Shown here piece after piece: positions 37,729 through 46,151 of a stretch of DNA of 64,000 nucleotides. The stretch comes from a virus. Lineage: Duplodnaviria > Caudoviricetes. The translations under genes were made by a program, and so were the position numbers. How positions within the stretch are numbered: position 1 is the stretch's first letter; every line of letters starts with the position of its first letter. The stretch is taken from positions 20,020-84,019 of IMG/VR virus record IMGVR_UViG_3300032007_004013. One strand, given 5' to 3'. The notes below the pieces were generated by a model. The model was not told where the DNA came from and ran no database searches. It saw only the letters and a list, made by a program, of their open reading frames with translations.

Positions 37729-38841
37729 CTATATCTGCTTTTCAGCAAGCTCAATGGCGTTTAATATAGTGTCGTCCATGTCGTAGTATCTGTAGTCTCC
37801 CGTCCTTCCTGCGAATATGATATTATCTTTTCCTTTTGATAAACGCTTGTATTCAGCGTATATGGCGTTGTTTACGTAATTGTTGATAGGATAGTAGGGT
37901 TCGTTGAGATCATCGTGTATGGCTGGATATTCGCGTGTAATCACCGTTTTACCGTTGTTGATGGGATTGGTGGAGAAGTGTTTGTGTTCAACTATCCTTG
38001 TGAACGGAATGTTTCTTTCGGTGTAGTTCACAACTGCGTTGCCTTGATAGTTGTCAACTCCTGAAATGGTTTCCTCTTCAAATCTGAGCGATCTGTATTC
38101 CAGCCTACCGAACTTATAGTCAAAGTATTCGTCGATCTTGCCTGTATAGATAATCTTCTTTGCTATAAGTTCATATTCTTCCTTGAATGGCGTGTTGAGG
38201 ATAACGTCTGCATTACTCAACAACTTGCTGAAGATTTCTGTGTAACCGTTTTTCGGGATTCCCTGATATCTGTCGTTGAAATAATCATTCCTGTATGTAA
38301 ACCTCAAAGGCAATCTGCTGATAATGTCAGGCGGCAGATCTGAACATTTTTTGCCCCATTGCTTTTCTGTATAGCCTTTTACGAGCATGTTGTAAATCGT
38401 ATCGCCTACAAGGGAGATCGCTTTCTCTTCGAGGTTCGATGGTGTTCCGGTGAAGCTGATGTCAGCTTTTATTCTTTCAATCGCTTCTGCGGGAGATGTT
38501 ACGCCAAATATCTTGGCAAACGTATTCATGTTGAATGGTAGGTTGTAACTTTGCCCTTCATAGATCGCTATAGGAGCGTTTATGAACGGCGTAAACTTGG
38601 AGAAGGAGTTTATGTATTGCCAGACCTTTTCGCTATCTGTATGGAAGATGTGAGGACCGTATTTGTGTACATGTATTCCTTCGATCTCTTCCGTATAGCA
38701 ATTACCGCCGATATGGTTCCTCTTGTCGATAACAAGACATCGTTTTCCGTGCGCTGATGCTATCTGGCAAAATACAGAACCAAACAACCCAGCTCCAACT
38801 ATCAGAAAGTCGTAGCTCAAATGTACCATCTCCAAAAGCAA
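37729..38841 (-). CDS. glf: UDP-galactopyranose mutase (true start probably TTG at 38820)
   Basis: IVGAGLFG, HIGGNCY, HKYGPHIFHT, RLPLRFT, LEYRSLRFE, EPYYP, GRTGDYRYYDMD. Confidence 0.95.
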   Translation of the reverse strand: MLLEMVHLSYDFLIVGAGLFGSVFCQIASAHGKRCLVIDKRNHIGGNCYTEEIEGIHVHKYGPHIFHTDSEKVWQYINSFSKFTPFINAPIAIYEGQSYNLPFNMNTFAKIFGVTSPAEAIERIKADISFTGTPSNLEEKAISLVGDTIYNMLVKGYTEKQWGKKCSDLPPDIISRLPLRFTYRNDYFNDRYQGIPKNGYTEIFSKLLSNADVILNTPFKEEYELIAKKIIYTGKIDEYFDYKFGRLEYRSLRFEEETISGVDNYQGNAVVNYTERNIPFTRIVEHKHFSTNPINNGKTVITREYPAIHDDLNEPYYPINNYVNNAIYAEYKRLSKGKDNIIFAGRTGDYRYYDMDDTILNAIELAEKQI

Positions 38842-38842
38842 A

Positions 38843-38870
38843 AGCCGTCTGAGATAATTCCCAAACGGCT
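38843..38870 (-). terminator. Leader hairpin with U-rich tail directly upstream of the glf RBS
   Basis: AGCCGTTTGGGA/TCTCAGACGGCT 12-bp stem (2 G-U) then TTTGCTTTT. Confidence 0.55.
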
Positions 38871-38886
38871 GATTTTCGACGATACC

Positions 38887-39000
38887 ATTGTAGCACCTGT
38901 AGTTGTGTCATTCAATTTCATTTGCTGACATTTACTATAAATCGCTATCATCTTCTTTTCTTTTTGTCACTTACTATCATTCACTATTATTCGTTATCAT
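38887..39000 (-). promoter_or_regulatory. Putative late promoter with upstream 10-bp-periodic direct repeats
   Basis: TTGAAT-N17-TACAAT with TG (38887-38915); TTACTATCAT/TCACTATTAT/TCGTTATCAT (38971-39000) plus CTATCAT at 38945. Confidence 0.6.
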
Positions 39001-39061
39001 TTGCTCGCATAAAACTTTGCGCTTTAGTGAAGAATCACATAATTCTGGTGGGAAGTTTTCG

Positions 39062-39532
39062 TTATGCGTAGCCGCAAGTGACGCCGATTTGTTCAAACTT
39101 CGGTCCGTGGTTTCCGTATTCAAGGACAATTCCTTTCTGAGGGTTACTCGCTATAACAAAGAAGTGGAGCATCGCCTCGTCAATCTTTTCGGGTATCATC
39201 ATCTTGATGGCTGCTTGCAGACAATCTTCGAGAGTGTAGATGAAATCTCGTCTGTTTCCGTATTCAGTGTTGAATACTGTGACCGATTTTCCTTCTCCAA
39301 CAATCCTGATAATATCGTATTGGGCGAGGATAAAGTCATCGATAGCAAGGGTTCTGAGCATAGGAGCATTCCAGAGCTTTTTAAGCTTTTTCAGGAATCC
39401 AAGCGTGGCTTCATCATCTTTGCGTTTTGATCTGGAAAAGTAGCGCTTGCTGTGCAGCTTGTGTTCAAGTTTATCTATGCAAGCTGATAAGTCATCTGGT
39501 TCACGAAAAGCTCTTATCATTCGTTCCGGCAT
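39062..39532 (-). CDS. Hypothetical protein
   Basis: 156-aa ORF in operon orientation. Confidence 0.65.
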   Translation of the reverse strand: MPERMIRAFREPDDLSACIDKLEHKLHSKRYFSRSKRKDDEATLGFLKKLKKLWNAPMLRTLAIDDFILAQYDIIRIVGEGKSVTVFNTEYGNRRDFIYTLEDCLQAAIKMMIPEKIDEAMLHFFVIASNPQKGIVLEYGNHGPKFEQIGVTCGYA

Positions 39533-39536
39533 AACA

Positions 39537-39785
39537 TCAACTCCAATCTATAGCTTGTCCGCACTTGGGACAGTATTCATCTCTGATTCTCCTTGAGATG
39601 CTGCTACCGGGACGTAGTTTCGTTCCGCACGAGCAGCACTTGTATGTAGAATTGGCTATGCTCGGCTTTTTCTGCTTTGCTTTCTCGATTACTTTGTCAA
39701 GGGTGATGATGAAATTAAGGGGCATTTCCCACTCAATATAGCCTTTGATAGCTTCAAGATCTGAGACGAGTTCTTCTTTCTTCAT
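39537..39785 (-). CDS. Zn-ribbon protein (CxxC..CxxCGQ.IDW family)
   Basis: KCCSCG..YCPKCGQAIDWS. Confidence 0.7.
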   Translation of the reverse strand: MKKEELVSDLEAIKGYIEWEMPLNFIITLDKVIEKAKQKKPSIANSTYKCCSCGTKLRPGSSISRRIRDEYCPKCGQAIDWS

Positions 39786-39821
39786 GTTCTTCCTCCGTTA
39801 TCGGTTTGGCGATTTCTCGCG

Positions 39822-40145
39822 TCAGCCGTTCATCAATAGTTCATTTTCAATGAGATACTTGCTGTACGCTTCTTCTGCATCTTTACGGTTGAAGAAGACC
39901 GTCTTGCCTATCTCAGTATGAGAGATCTCGACGAGCAAACCGACATCAACTTTCGCCTGCCAAATGTAGTTGCGGTAGCGCCTTACAACTTTGGCTTTTA
40001 CAACTCTCATCTTAACATCAGAGTAGTATCGTATCGGCTTTAGCAAATATACTATTTGCCCAACACTAAACTTTGGTTCCATTAACATCACTCCAATCAA
40101 GTCGTTGACCGCAATGGCAACAATGCGGCAAGCCAACCAATTCAT
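39822..40145 (-). CDS. Hypothetical protein (probable start MEPKFSVGQ)
   Basis: IGKTVFFNRKDAE motif shared with other small phage genes here. Confidence 0.6.
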   Translation of the reverse strand: MNWLACRIVAIAVNDLIGVMLMEPKFSVGQIVYLLKPIRYYSDVKMRVVKAKVVRRYRNYIWQAKVDVGLLVEISHTEIGKTVFFNRKDAEEAYSKYLIENELLMNG

Positions 40146-40353
40146 TCAGTATAATCAAATTGCACGTTGGGCATTTGTAACTGTGGGCATATACTTTCTT
40201 AGGCTTTTCAGCAACCATTCTTTCGAGAGCGTTTCTTGCTGCTCCTATGAATCTGATCTGCAAAGTCTTTCCGATGCTTCTACCGATGCTGTGATGTATC
40301 GTTTCGATATAATGCAGAGCTTCTTCAGGTGGCATCGGCATTATGAGTTTCAT
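40066..40353 (-). CDS. Zn-ribbon protein (CxxC..CxxCGQRLDW family)
   Basis: YKCPTC..HCCHCGQRLDWS. Confidence 0.7.
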   Translation of the reverse strand: MKLIMPMPPEEALHYIETIHHSIGRSIGKTLQIRFIGAARNALERMVAEKPKKVYAHSYKCPTCNLIILNELVGLPHCCHCGQRLDWSDVNGTKV

Positions 40354-40675
40354 GCGTTTCCTCCTCTCCAAAACTGATTGTCTTGTCGTCAAGAAACTCA
40401 ATCAGCCGTCGCTTTATCATTTCTGCAAACTCTTCCAAAGGAACTTCCTTCTCTTCGATTATAGCTATCCTCTTGTAGATTTCAGCCATCTGAATGAGGA
40501 CAAGCATCGTCATCTGTGCAGGTGTTCCTATGCCGGTGTGGAGATAGTGACCGCCGGGGAATACAATCCTGAAATCAAACGAATACCCTTCGCCTGAGAG
40601 CTGATGCTTCGCTATATCAAGCTCGTGAAAAATTCTCATTACATCATTTCTTCTCATTTCCTTTATCACCGTCAT
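40325..40675 (-). CDS. Hypothetical protein
   Basis: Packed ORF with GGAG RBS. Confidence 0.6.
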   Translation of the reverse strand: MTVIKEMRRNDVMRIFHELDIAKHQLSGEGYSFDFRIVFPGGHYLHTGIGTPAQMTMLVLIQMAEIYKRIAIIEEKEVPLEEFAEMIKRRLIEFLDDKTISFGEEETHETHNADAT

Positions 40676-40681
40676 GTTCTC

Positions 40682-41200
40682 CTATTTGTTCATTTTGTTC
40701 CATAATCGAATTACAACATTCTTTATTTGCGACTCTCTTGTTCCTGCGCCGCAATGATAACAATACGCAGCATAGATCGTAGTCTCTAAAAATGGATTAA
40801 CAGATTTGCTTATGCGTATATCTGTGCTTCCGCACTCTTTGCACGGATTGAGCTTTGCAATATCTTTATCAATATACTCTCCTCCTGTCTCAATAAGGGA
40901 CTCAATTTCGTGGAATGTGTATCTTCCAGCAAGCCTTTTCAGCCCGTCTCTGAGTTCGATCATCATTTTCTTGTTTTGATCGTCAACTATAACTGAGGTG
41001 GCTCGCATTTTGCAGTTGTCGCCTTTGTATCTAACAGGAATGAGTTCGCCTAATTCGCATGGAAGGGTTATCGTTCTTTCTTTATCACGGAAGTGGCAGC
41101 ATGGTTTAGGGTATTCCGATTCAGTGAAAACTTCATATACGCCTGACGCGAATCCGCACACTTCTTTGTGAATGCAATCTTCACACGTTTTGTTATCCAT
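40682..41200 (-). CDS. CxDCxHxxxC-start protein with C-terminal Lar-like domain
   Basis: TCEDCIHKEVC..LPCELG..LNPCKECGS..CYHCGA..IRLWN. Confidence 0.7.
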   Translation of the reverse strand: MDNKTCEDCIHKEVCGFASGVYEVFTESEYPKPCCHFRDKERTITLPCELGELIPVRYKGDNCKMRATSVIVDDQNKKMMIELRDGLKRLAGRYTFHEIESLIETGGEYIDKDIAKLNPCKECGSTDIRISKSVNPFLETTIYAAYCYHCGAGTRESQIKNVVIRLWNKMNK

Positions 41201-41459
41201 TCTTTTCTTCCTCAAGCTTTTTGGTAAGAGCGTAACCTTCAAGCTCCCACAGCTTGTTGGTGATTCGTTCCATACAAATATCCTTGCCGATCTCCTCGTC
41301 GTAGTTGGCAGGATCAACGGCTGCGCTTGATTCTGTGATAACAAATCCGTTCGGAAGCTTGCAGCATACAACCGTAGCTTTGCCGTAAACGGTCCTTACG
41401 TCGATTTCTGAGTTCGCAATCAAATCCTTGATCTGCTGCTCTGTTACTGTGTTTTTCAT
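41193..41459 (-). CDS. N4 Gp49/Sf6 gp66-family protein
   Basis: VVCCKLPNGFVITESSAAVDPANYDEEIG..KLWELEGY. Confidence 0.85.
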   Translation of the reverse strand: MKNTVTEQQIKDLIANSEIDVRTVYGKATVVCCKLPNGFVITESSAAVDPANYDEEIGKDICMERITNKLWELEGYALTKKLEEEKNG

Positions 41460-41470
41460 AACTTTCACCT

Positions 41471-42022
41471 TTAACCTTTCTTGTTGATATATTCTGAGAA
41501 GACAGGCATATCAAAGCAATCTTCATACGCCGCGAGCCTGCTCCTTAATTCCGCTGCCTGAACTGCTACAGTGTAGCAAACGCCGTAGATACAATCTCCT
41601 GCATTGCACTCTATGCAAGCACCATCTTCTATTGATTCTGCGCTTACTCCGCAGTGTTCTTTTGCTTCTTGCGCTATGTATTCGCACAAGTCCATGTCGT
41701 CTTTTCCGTTCGCGTGTCGTAACACAACGCGTCCGTCTTTTGCATAAGCGTAATTCATCATTGCGCTTGTGTAGTTATCAGGTTCTTCTTGCGTGAGCCT
41801 GTAGGGGAAGTTGGGGAGAGCAGACAAGTCTTCAACCCTGTTATTCCACATCTCGATAGCTTCTTCTCTGTCTTTCGCTGACATACAACAAGTGCAGTTA
41901 CACTCAACGAAACATTCACCTTCGCAATCTGGCAAGCCGGGCAGCATGTGCGTATGAGGCTGTATTTCGTTTAGATATGGCGTTCTTCCGCAAAACGGAC
42001 ACGGCTTTAATTCATTTTCCAT
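41471..42022 (-). CDS. Lar-like restriction-alleviation domain fusion protein
   Basis: ELKPCPFCG..EAIEMWNNR plus C-terminal RLAAYED. Confidence 0.7.
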   Translation of the reverse strand: MENELKPCPFCGRTPYLNEIQPHTHMLPGLPDCEGECFVECNCTCCMSAKDREEAIEMWNNRVEDLSALPNFPYRLTQEEPDNYTSAMMNYAYAKDGRVVLRHANGKDDMDLCEYIAQEAKEHCGVSAESIEDGACIECNAGDCIYGVCYTVAVQAAELRSRLAAYEDCFDMPVFSEYINKKG

Positions 42023-42035
42023 TGTCAACCTCCCT

Positions 42036-42314
42036 TTACTTGTGAAATATAACACCTATTTGAGTTTGTTTAGCGTTGTCTTCGCCTTTTTGCTTTTGTT
42101 TGATTCTCAAAAGCTTGTGACTTTTTGTACGGCGGTTCCATACGGAAATCGCACGTTCTTTGTCTGTAGTTATAAGCGTACCAATGTTGCAAACATTACA
42201 CTGAACTTGCCAGAAACTATTGTAAGCTTGATGCAGTTTAGCTTTTCCTCCGCAGAACGGACAAGGTTTTAGCTTGTTACTATTCTCGGCTTTCATTGTC
42301 ATCATCATCGTCAT
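42036..42314 (-). CDS. Lar-family restriction alleviation protein
   Basis: LKPCPFCGGKA..VQCNVC..AISVWNRR. Confidence 0.75.
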   Translation of the reverse strand: MTMMMTMKAENSNKLKPCPFCGGKAKLHQAYNSFWQVQCNVCNIGTLITTDKERAISVWNRRTKSHKLLRIKQKQKGEDNAKQTQIGVIFHK

Positions 42315-42546
42315 CTCCTCCGATTGTTTTGGTCGTGATTTGGAGCCAATCTTCGTTTTGCTTTCTGCAAAAATCGGCGTATTTTGTGTTCATCTCTTTG
42401 AACATGTTGTCAAACTCAGTGAGTATGACCTTTAACTGCTTGTACCACGAATTACTGATACGCAGACAGATAACAAGCCAAATGACGTTTGAGATCATAG
42501 CGAATATCCATCCTGCTATTTGAAACAGTTCGTTTGCGATCTTCAT
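42280..42546 (-). CDS. Hypothetical membrane protein
   Basis: N-terminal TM followed by helix. Confidence 0.55.
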   Translation of the reverse strand: MKIANELFQIAGWIFAMISNVIWLVICLRISNSWYKQLKVILTEFDNMFKEMNTKYADFCRKQNEDWLQITTKTIGGDDDDDDNESRE

Positions 42547-42558
42547 AAAATATCCTCC

Positions 42559-42699
42559 TTAAAAAGTTACAGCCGCGTTGAGGACGGCTGCTGCAAGCCA
42601 ATATACAGCCATTTTGTACTCTCGATTGATGATGTTGGTGATTGCCGCACCAATGTCAAGAGCGATCATAATAACAGGGAAGATGCAGGTAGGTTTCAT
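42559..42699 (-). CDS. Small two-TM membrane protein (46 aa)
   Basis: MKPTCIFPVIMIALDIGAAI..YWLAAAVLNAAVTF; GGAGG RBS. Confidence 0.6.
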   Translation of the reverse strand: MKPTCIFPVIMIALDIGAAITNIINREYKMAVYWLAAAVLNAAVTF

Positions 42700-43514
42700 G
42701 TTCTATACCTCCACCAATCAAGCTGTTGACCGCAGTGATCGCAATGGCTCTGATACTTATGCGGAATACTGCACCAACATTCGGGGCAGGTGTAAACATC
42801 AACTCCATTATCGTCGACGAACAGTGGTTCTTTTTCGATGTACTGAAGCCGAATAGCGGAAATCGCCGTCAGAACAGCTTTGTGCTGTTCTGAAGAATTA
42901 CACTTGATTCTTTTAAGGCGCTCTATAGCCGATTCAGGAGGAGTCAACCGTCTGATCTTTGATTTCTTTCTGATTGTAGGATTCGCAACAGCAGCCCACT
43001 CATAAGCATCTACTATATCGAAGATCTTTGAGTAGCAAAGCTTTCCGTCGTACATTTCTCCTTTTTTGTGTCCACAGATGTGGATGTCTTTACCACAAAT
43101 GCTGCACATTCTATTTTCAACAGAACAGCCTATGCTGATTTCCGAAACCCTTCCGTTTTTGATGTCTGAAACTGTATCAACTGTATTCTCGTTTACAGGA
43201 ATAAAGGCTCGTGCGACAAGCTTGTAGTAATCATCACCTGCTTTAGTCTTTTTACCGGGAACACTTTCTACTCCGCATACAAATATTCTCGCTGTACTGT
43301 TTTTACTTGATGGGGATTTTTCCAATATTCCGGTTTTTCCTACAAACAGTCTTTCGAGTTCGCGGAGAGCTTCTACAGAGAACGCTTCATTATCTCCGTC
43401 TACATCGTTGTCGCAGAGGTTTACTGTGAACACATAAACTTCATCAGCTTTGTACTTCCGATTTGCAAAGCGGTTTATGTACTCAAGCTCTTTTTCAGCG
43501 TAACCTTCTAACAT
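42696..43514 (-). CDS. Prohead-protease-like domain fused to Zn-ribbon
   Basis: YVFTVNLCDNDVD..LFVGKTG..EISIGCSV..CSICG..CGHKKG..DAYEWAAVANP; C-terminal CPEC..CDHCGQQLDW. Confidence 0.6.
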   Translation of the reverse strand: MLEGYAEKELEYINRFANRKYKADEVYVFTVNLCDNDVDGDNEAFSVEALRELERLFVGKTGILEKSPSSKNSTARIFVCGVESVPGKKTKAGDDYYKLVARAFIPVNENTVDTVSDIKNGRVSEISIGCSVENRMCSICGKDIHICGHKKGEMYDGKLCYSKIFDIVDAYEWAAVANPTIRKKSKIRRLTPPESAIERLKRIKCNSSEQHKAVLTAISAIRLQYIEKEPLFVDDNGVDVYTCPECWCSIPHKYQSHCDHCGQQLDWWRYRT

Positions 43515-43746
43515 AATACGTCCTCCTGTTCCAAGCTTCTATAGCTTTGTTCTGAGCGATCAACGGTGAGTGATGCCAAAAGGCGACAGGGAACGATGGT
43601 CCGTTTGCACCGCAGTTTTGGCAAACAACTCTGTATCTATTTGTTTTGAATTGCCTGATTCTGCCTTTGTTTTTACCGCAAAAGGGGCAATGCTCTGTTA
43701 TCTTGTCCATATCACGTTTTGCCCTCCAATAAGTCAGAAACATCAA
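43495..43746 (-). CDS. Lar-like protein
   Basis: CPFCG..VVCQNCGANGP..AIEAWNRR. Confidence 0.7.
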   Translation of the reverse strand: MMFLTYWRAKRDMDKITEHCPFCGKNKGRIRQFKTNRYRVVCQNCGANGPSFPVAFWHHSPLIAQNKAIEAWNRRTYYVRRLR

Positions 43747-44032
43747 TTCTTATACCTCTTCCTTTATCTTTGTTGATGTGTTTTTTGATATACGGAACAG
43801 ATGTAGACAGGATAACCTCGATTGTAAGTCTTGTATCTCTTCCACAACAATCGTTCCATAACATGTACAGTTCGCATCCTCTGATGTCGTTCTTTTGCAT
43901 CTTCGAGAACGCAGATTCAGCTGCCGTCTCGTTCATTTTATACGCTTCAGCAACAAACGTCATAGCTCCGGGATTCCAATTTGCTACGTCTAACGCTAAT
44001 GGGTTACCTAAAAGAGCTTCAAGTGTTGTCAT
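43712..44032 (-). CDS. Hypothetical protein
   Basis: NPGAMTF..IRGCELYMLWNDCC conserved-looking motif. Confidence 0.65.
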   Translation of the reverse strand: MTTLEALLGNPLALDVANWNPGAMTFVAEAYKMNETAAESAFSKMQKNDIRGCELYMLWNDCCGRDTRLTIEVILSTSVPYIKKHINKDKGRGIRIDVSDLLEGKT

Positions 44033-44044
44033 TTGTGTTCCTCC

Positions 44045-44362
44045 TCAAAAAACTTCTATATCTTCTGTTTTCTCGATAGATTCTGTAGGGCAGACGATAT
44101 ATCCAAACAGGGTTTGAGGCTGGTTTATAAACCCGTTTCCGATAGGTCTGCACCTAAATCCAAATTCATAGCGATCAAGCGCTTCGTAAACCCATTCAGG
44201 AATTTTAATGTACCTCGGTTTTCGCTTATAGCGTTCCGAGAACTCATACGCTTTTCGATCAATGAGCTTATACAAGTCATCAACGTTAAGCGTATATGTC
44301 TTTACGACTAAACCGTAGTCCTTTGTGACGGATATCATGTTATTCCTTTCCATCGTTTTCAC
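44045..44362 (-). CDS. Hypothetical protein
   Basis: Packed ORF. Confidence 0.6.
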   Translation of the reverse strand: MKTMERNNMISVTKDYGLVVKTYTLNVDDLYKLIDRKAYEFSERYKRKPRYIKIPEWVYEALDRYEFGFRCRPIGNGFINQPQTLFGYIVCPTESIEKTEDIEVF

Positions 44363-44579
44363 TCTCCTCGTGTTTTTCTCTCTTTTTACGCTTGCAGATA
44401 GTAGAAACGGCGCTAATCATCATAGCAGCGTCTGCTATAGAGCCGTATTCGTAGTTAGGCAATTCGAGATCACTTTTATGCTTGTTTGCAGGATTTTTCT
44501 TGTTAGTTCTCCAACATTTCATATTGCTCTCGGTCCATCTTTCAATCGTTCTTTGAGTTCGTCTATTAAGAACATACAC
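44340..44579 (-). CDS. Hypothetical protein (start uncertain)
   Basis: Packed ORF. Confidence 0.4.
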   Translation of the reverse strand: MYVLNRRTQRTIERWTESNMKCWRTNKKNPANKHKSDLELPNYEYGSIADAAMMISAVSTICKRKKREKHEESENDGKE

Positions 44580-44710
44580 TTATTGATCGCACTCATGTAA
44601 CAATATTGACGGCGCTCATAGTTGTAGGTGCTTGACGGATGTATAGCATTTCCTTCTGCTACAAGTCGGTAAATGTCGTATGCGAGTTTTGCTGCTTTTA
44701 TCTTATTCAA
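44519..44710 (-). CDS. Hypothetical protein
   Basis: Packed ORF. Confidence 0.5.
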   Translation of the reverse strand: MNKIKAAKLAYDIYRLVAEGNAIHPSSTYNYERRQYCYMSAINKCMFLIDELKERLKDGPRAI

Positions 44711-44732
44711 ACTTCATCACCATTAAGTTCTT

Positions 44733-44999
44733 TTAGCGTCTAATCGTTTTGAGTTTTTTCTCTGTTGATTTGGTTAATTCTTCTGAATCTCCATAAGCAA
44801 GCTTCCTTTCACATTCGTCGCAGAAGATGAAGTTGTCTGCTTTCTTCTGGTAACAAGTGATACCATCGTACATCTCAGGGTTTTTCGCTTCATCGCCATT
44901 TGCGAAAAATTTTACCCTTATAGGACCTTTGACGTATTCACGAACAAAAAATATAGTACATCCGCAGAAAGGGCAACACTCTATGTCTTTAATTGTCAT
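44733..44999 (-). CDS. Zn-ribbon hypothetical protein
   Basis: CCPFCGC..FCDECERKL. Confidence 0.65.
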   Translation of the reverse strand: MTIKDIECCPFCGCTIFFVREYVKGPIRVKFFANGDEAKNPEMYDGITCYQKKADNFIFCDECERKLAYGDSEELTKSTEKKLKTIRR

Positions 45000-45459
45000 T
45001 TCCTTTGCGCTCCTTCAATATACGTTCAGCTTCTTTGCTGCTGAGGAATGCAGTTTTACCGATTGCCTCTACACAAGTTAATACAGGCGAGCAATCTATT
45101 CCACTTATAAGTAAGCGATCAATCCACACTCCGAATTTACTAATCGAAACAGCGATAACCATATATTTTGAAATCTGATTACGAAACGGTACATACAACA
45201 ATGCGCCCGGTTTAATTGACAACTCAACGAATCGGGAGCGGTCTTTGTAGTGATCGCATTCTATATCAACAGCTTTTTGAGCTTTGCGCATCGCGATTCT
45301 AACTTCTCTTTCCGTTTCATACGTCAGCTCACACTTTTGCTTATAATGCATTTGACAAACTTCATAATGAACGCAATCCTTGCAAGTTGCCATGTCATCA
45401 ACCTCCAAATATCCGTCGTATGAATTGTGGCACAGCCTTGTATTTCTGTGTGATTTCAT
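44989..45459 (-). CDS. CxDCxHxxxC-start hypothetical protein (probable start MATCKDC at about 45393)
   Basis: TCKDCVHYEVC..IGKTAFLSSKEAE. Confidence 0.65.
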   Translation of the reverse strand: MKSHRNTRLCHNSYDGYLEVDDMATCKDCVHYEVCQMHYKQKCELTYETEREVRIAMRKAQKAVDIECDHYKDRSRFVELSIKPGALLYVPFRNQISKYMVIAVSISKFGVWIDRLLISGIDCSPVLTCVEAIGKTAFLSSKEAERILKERKGNDN

Positions 45460-45682
45460 AGGCGATGATTCTGTTTACTTGATTTCCACTTACCGCGTCA
45501 GCTGTGTACCAATTCTCACCCAAAATCTCGTCACAGAGATTATTCAGGCACTTCTGAGCATTGCTGATGTAGTCAGGGTGCGAGAAGCATTTGCATACTC
45601 TCGCATCACCATGAATCTCTCCGGCTGCGTCTACAATTTTGCATACACAGTGGTGATCGCAGTCTTTACATGACATATTCAT
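45398..45682 (-). CDS. CxDCxHxxxC-start hypothetical protein
   Basis: SCKDCDHHCVC. Confidence 0.6.
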   Translation of the reverse strand: MNMSCKDCDHHCVCKIVDAAGEIHGDARVCKCFSHPDYISNAQKCLNNLCDEILGENWYTADAVSGNQVNRIIAYEITQKYKAVPQFIRRIFGG

Positions 45683-45692
45683 AACTTTAGCC

Positions 45693-46151
45693 TCACTTTA
45701 AATTTGTGGAAAGTCCAAAGCAAAGTGCGTACAATTCTGTTTCGAGTTTTTCTCTTATCTCGCGTTCTGCTTCTTTTTTTATCTCTTTAACCATTTTGGA
45801 TATTATATCATCACTTTCGTTGATCTCTATATTTTTGCACCTTGCGTGTGAAATCAAAAAAGCGATGTTCCAAATCATATCTTTGTCTTCTTTGCTTAAA
45901 TCATCTACTGTTTTTCCTTGTGGGAGAAACCCGTTTACTCTCTTCAAAATGCGCCAGAAAGAACTATCAAATTGCATATTGCCCTCCGTATATGTACTGT
46001 TATACTGCTGCGCTATTTCTGTTATATCATCGCAGCACGCATAGTCTTTGCATGTGAACATATCAATCCCACCACACTTCTGAACTGTATTTCTCAGCTC
46101 TCTCTTTTTCAAAAAACCAAACACTCCCAAAATCACTTGGGGAGATGTCAT
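45693..46151 (-). CDS. Hypothetical protein (start uncertain)
   Basis: Packed ORF. Confidence 0.5.
   Translation of the reverse strand: MTSPQVILGVFGFLKKRELRNTVQKCGGIDMFTCKDYACCDDITEIAQQYNSTYTEGNMQFDSSFWRILKRVNGFLPQGKTVDDLSKEDKDMIWNIAFLISHARCKNIEINESDDIISKMVKEIKKEAEREIREKLETELYALCFGLSTNLK

Noticed and set aside
33353-38841. Host capsule/cell-wall locus rather than phage genes
   Set aside because: Embedded between phage early genes and terS, phage-like GC, includes ParB-N, and lacks flippase/polymerase genes
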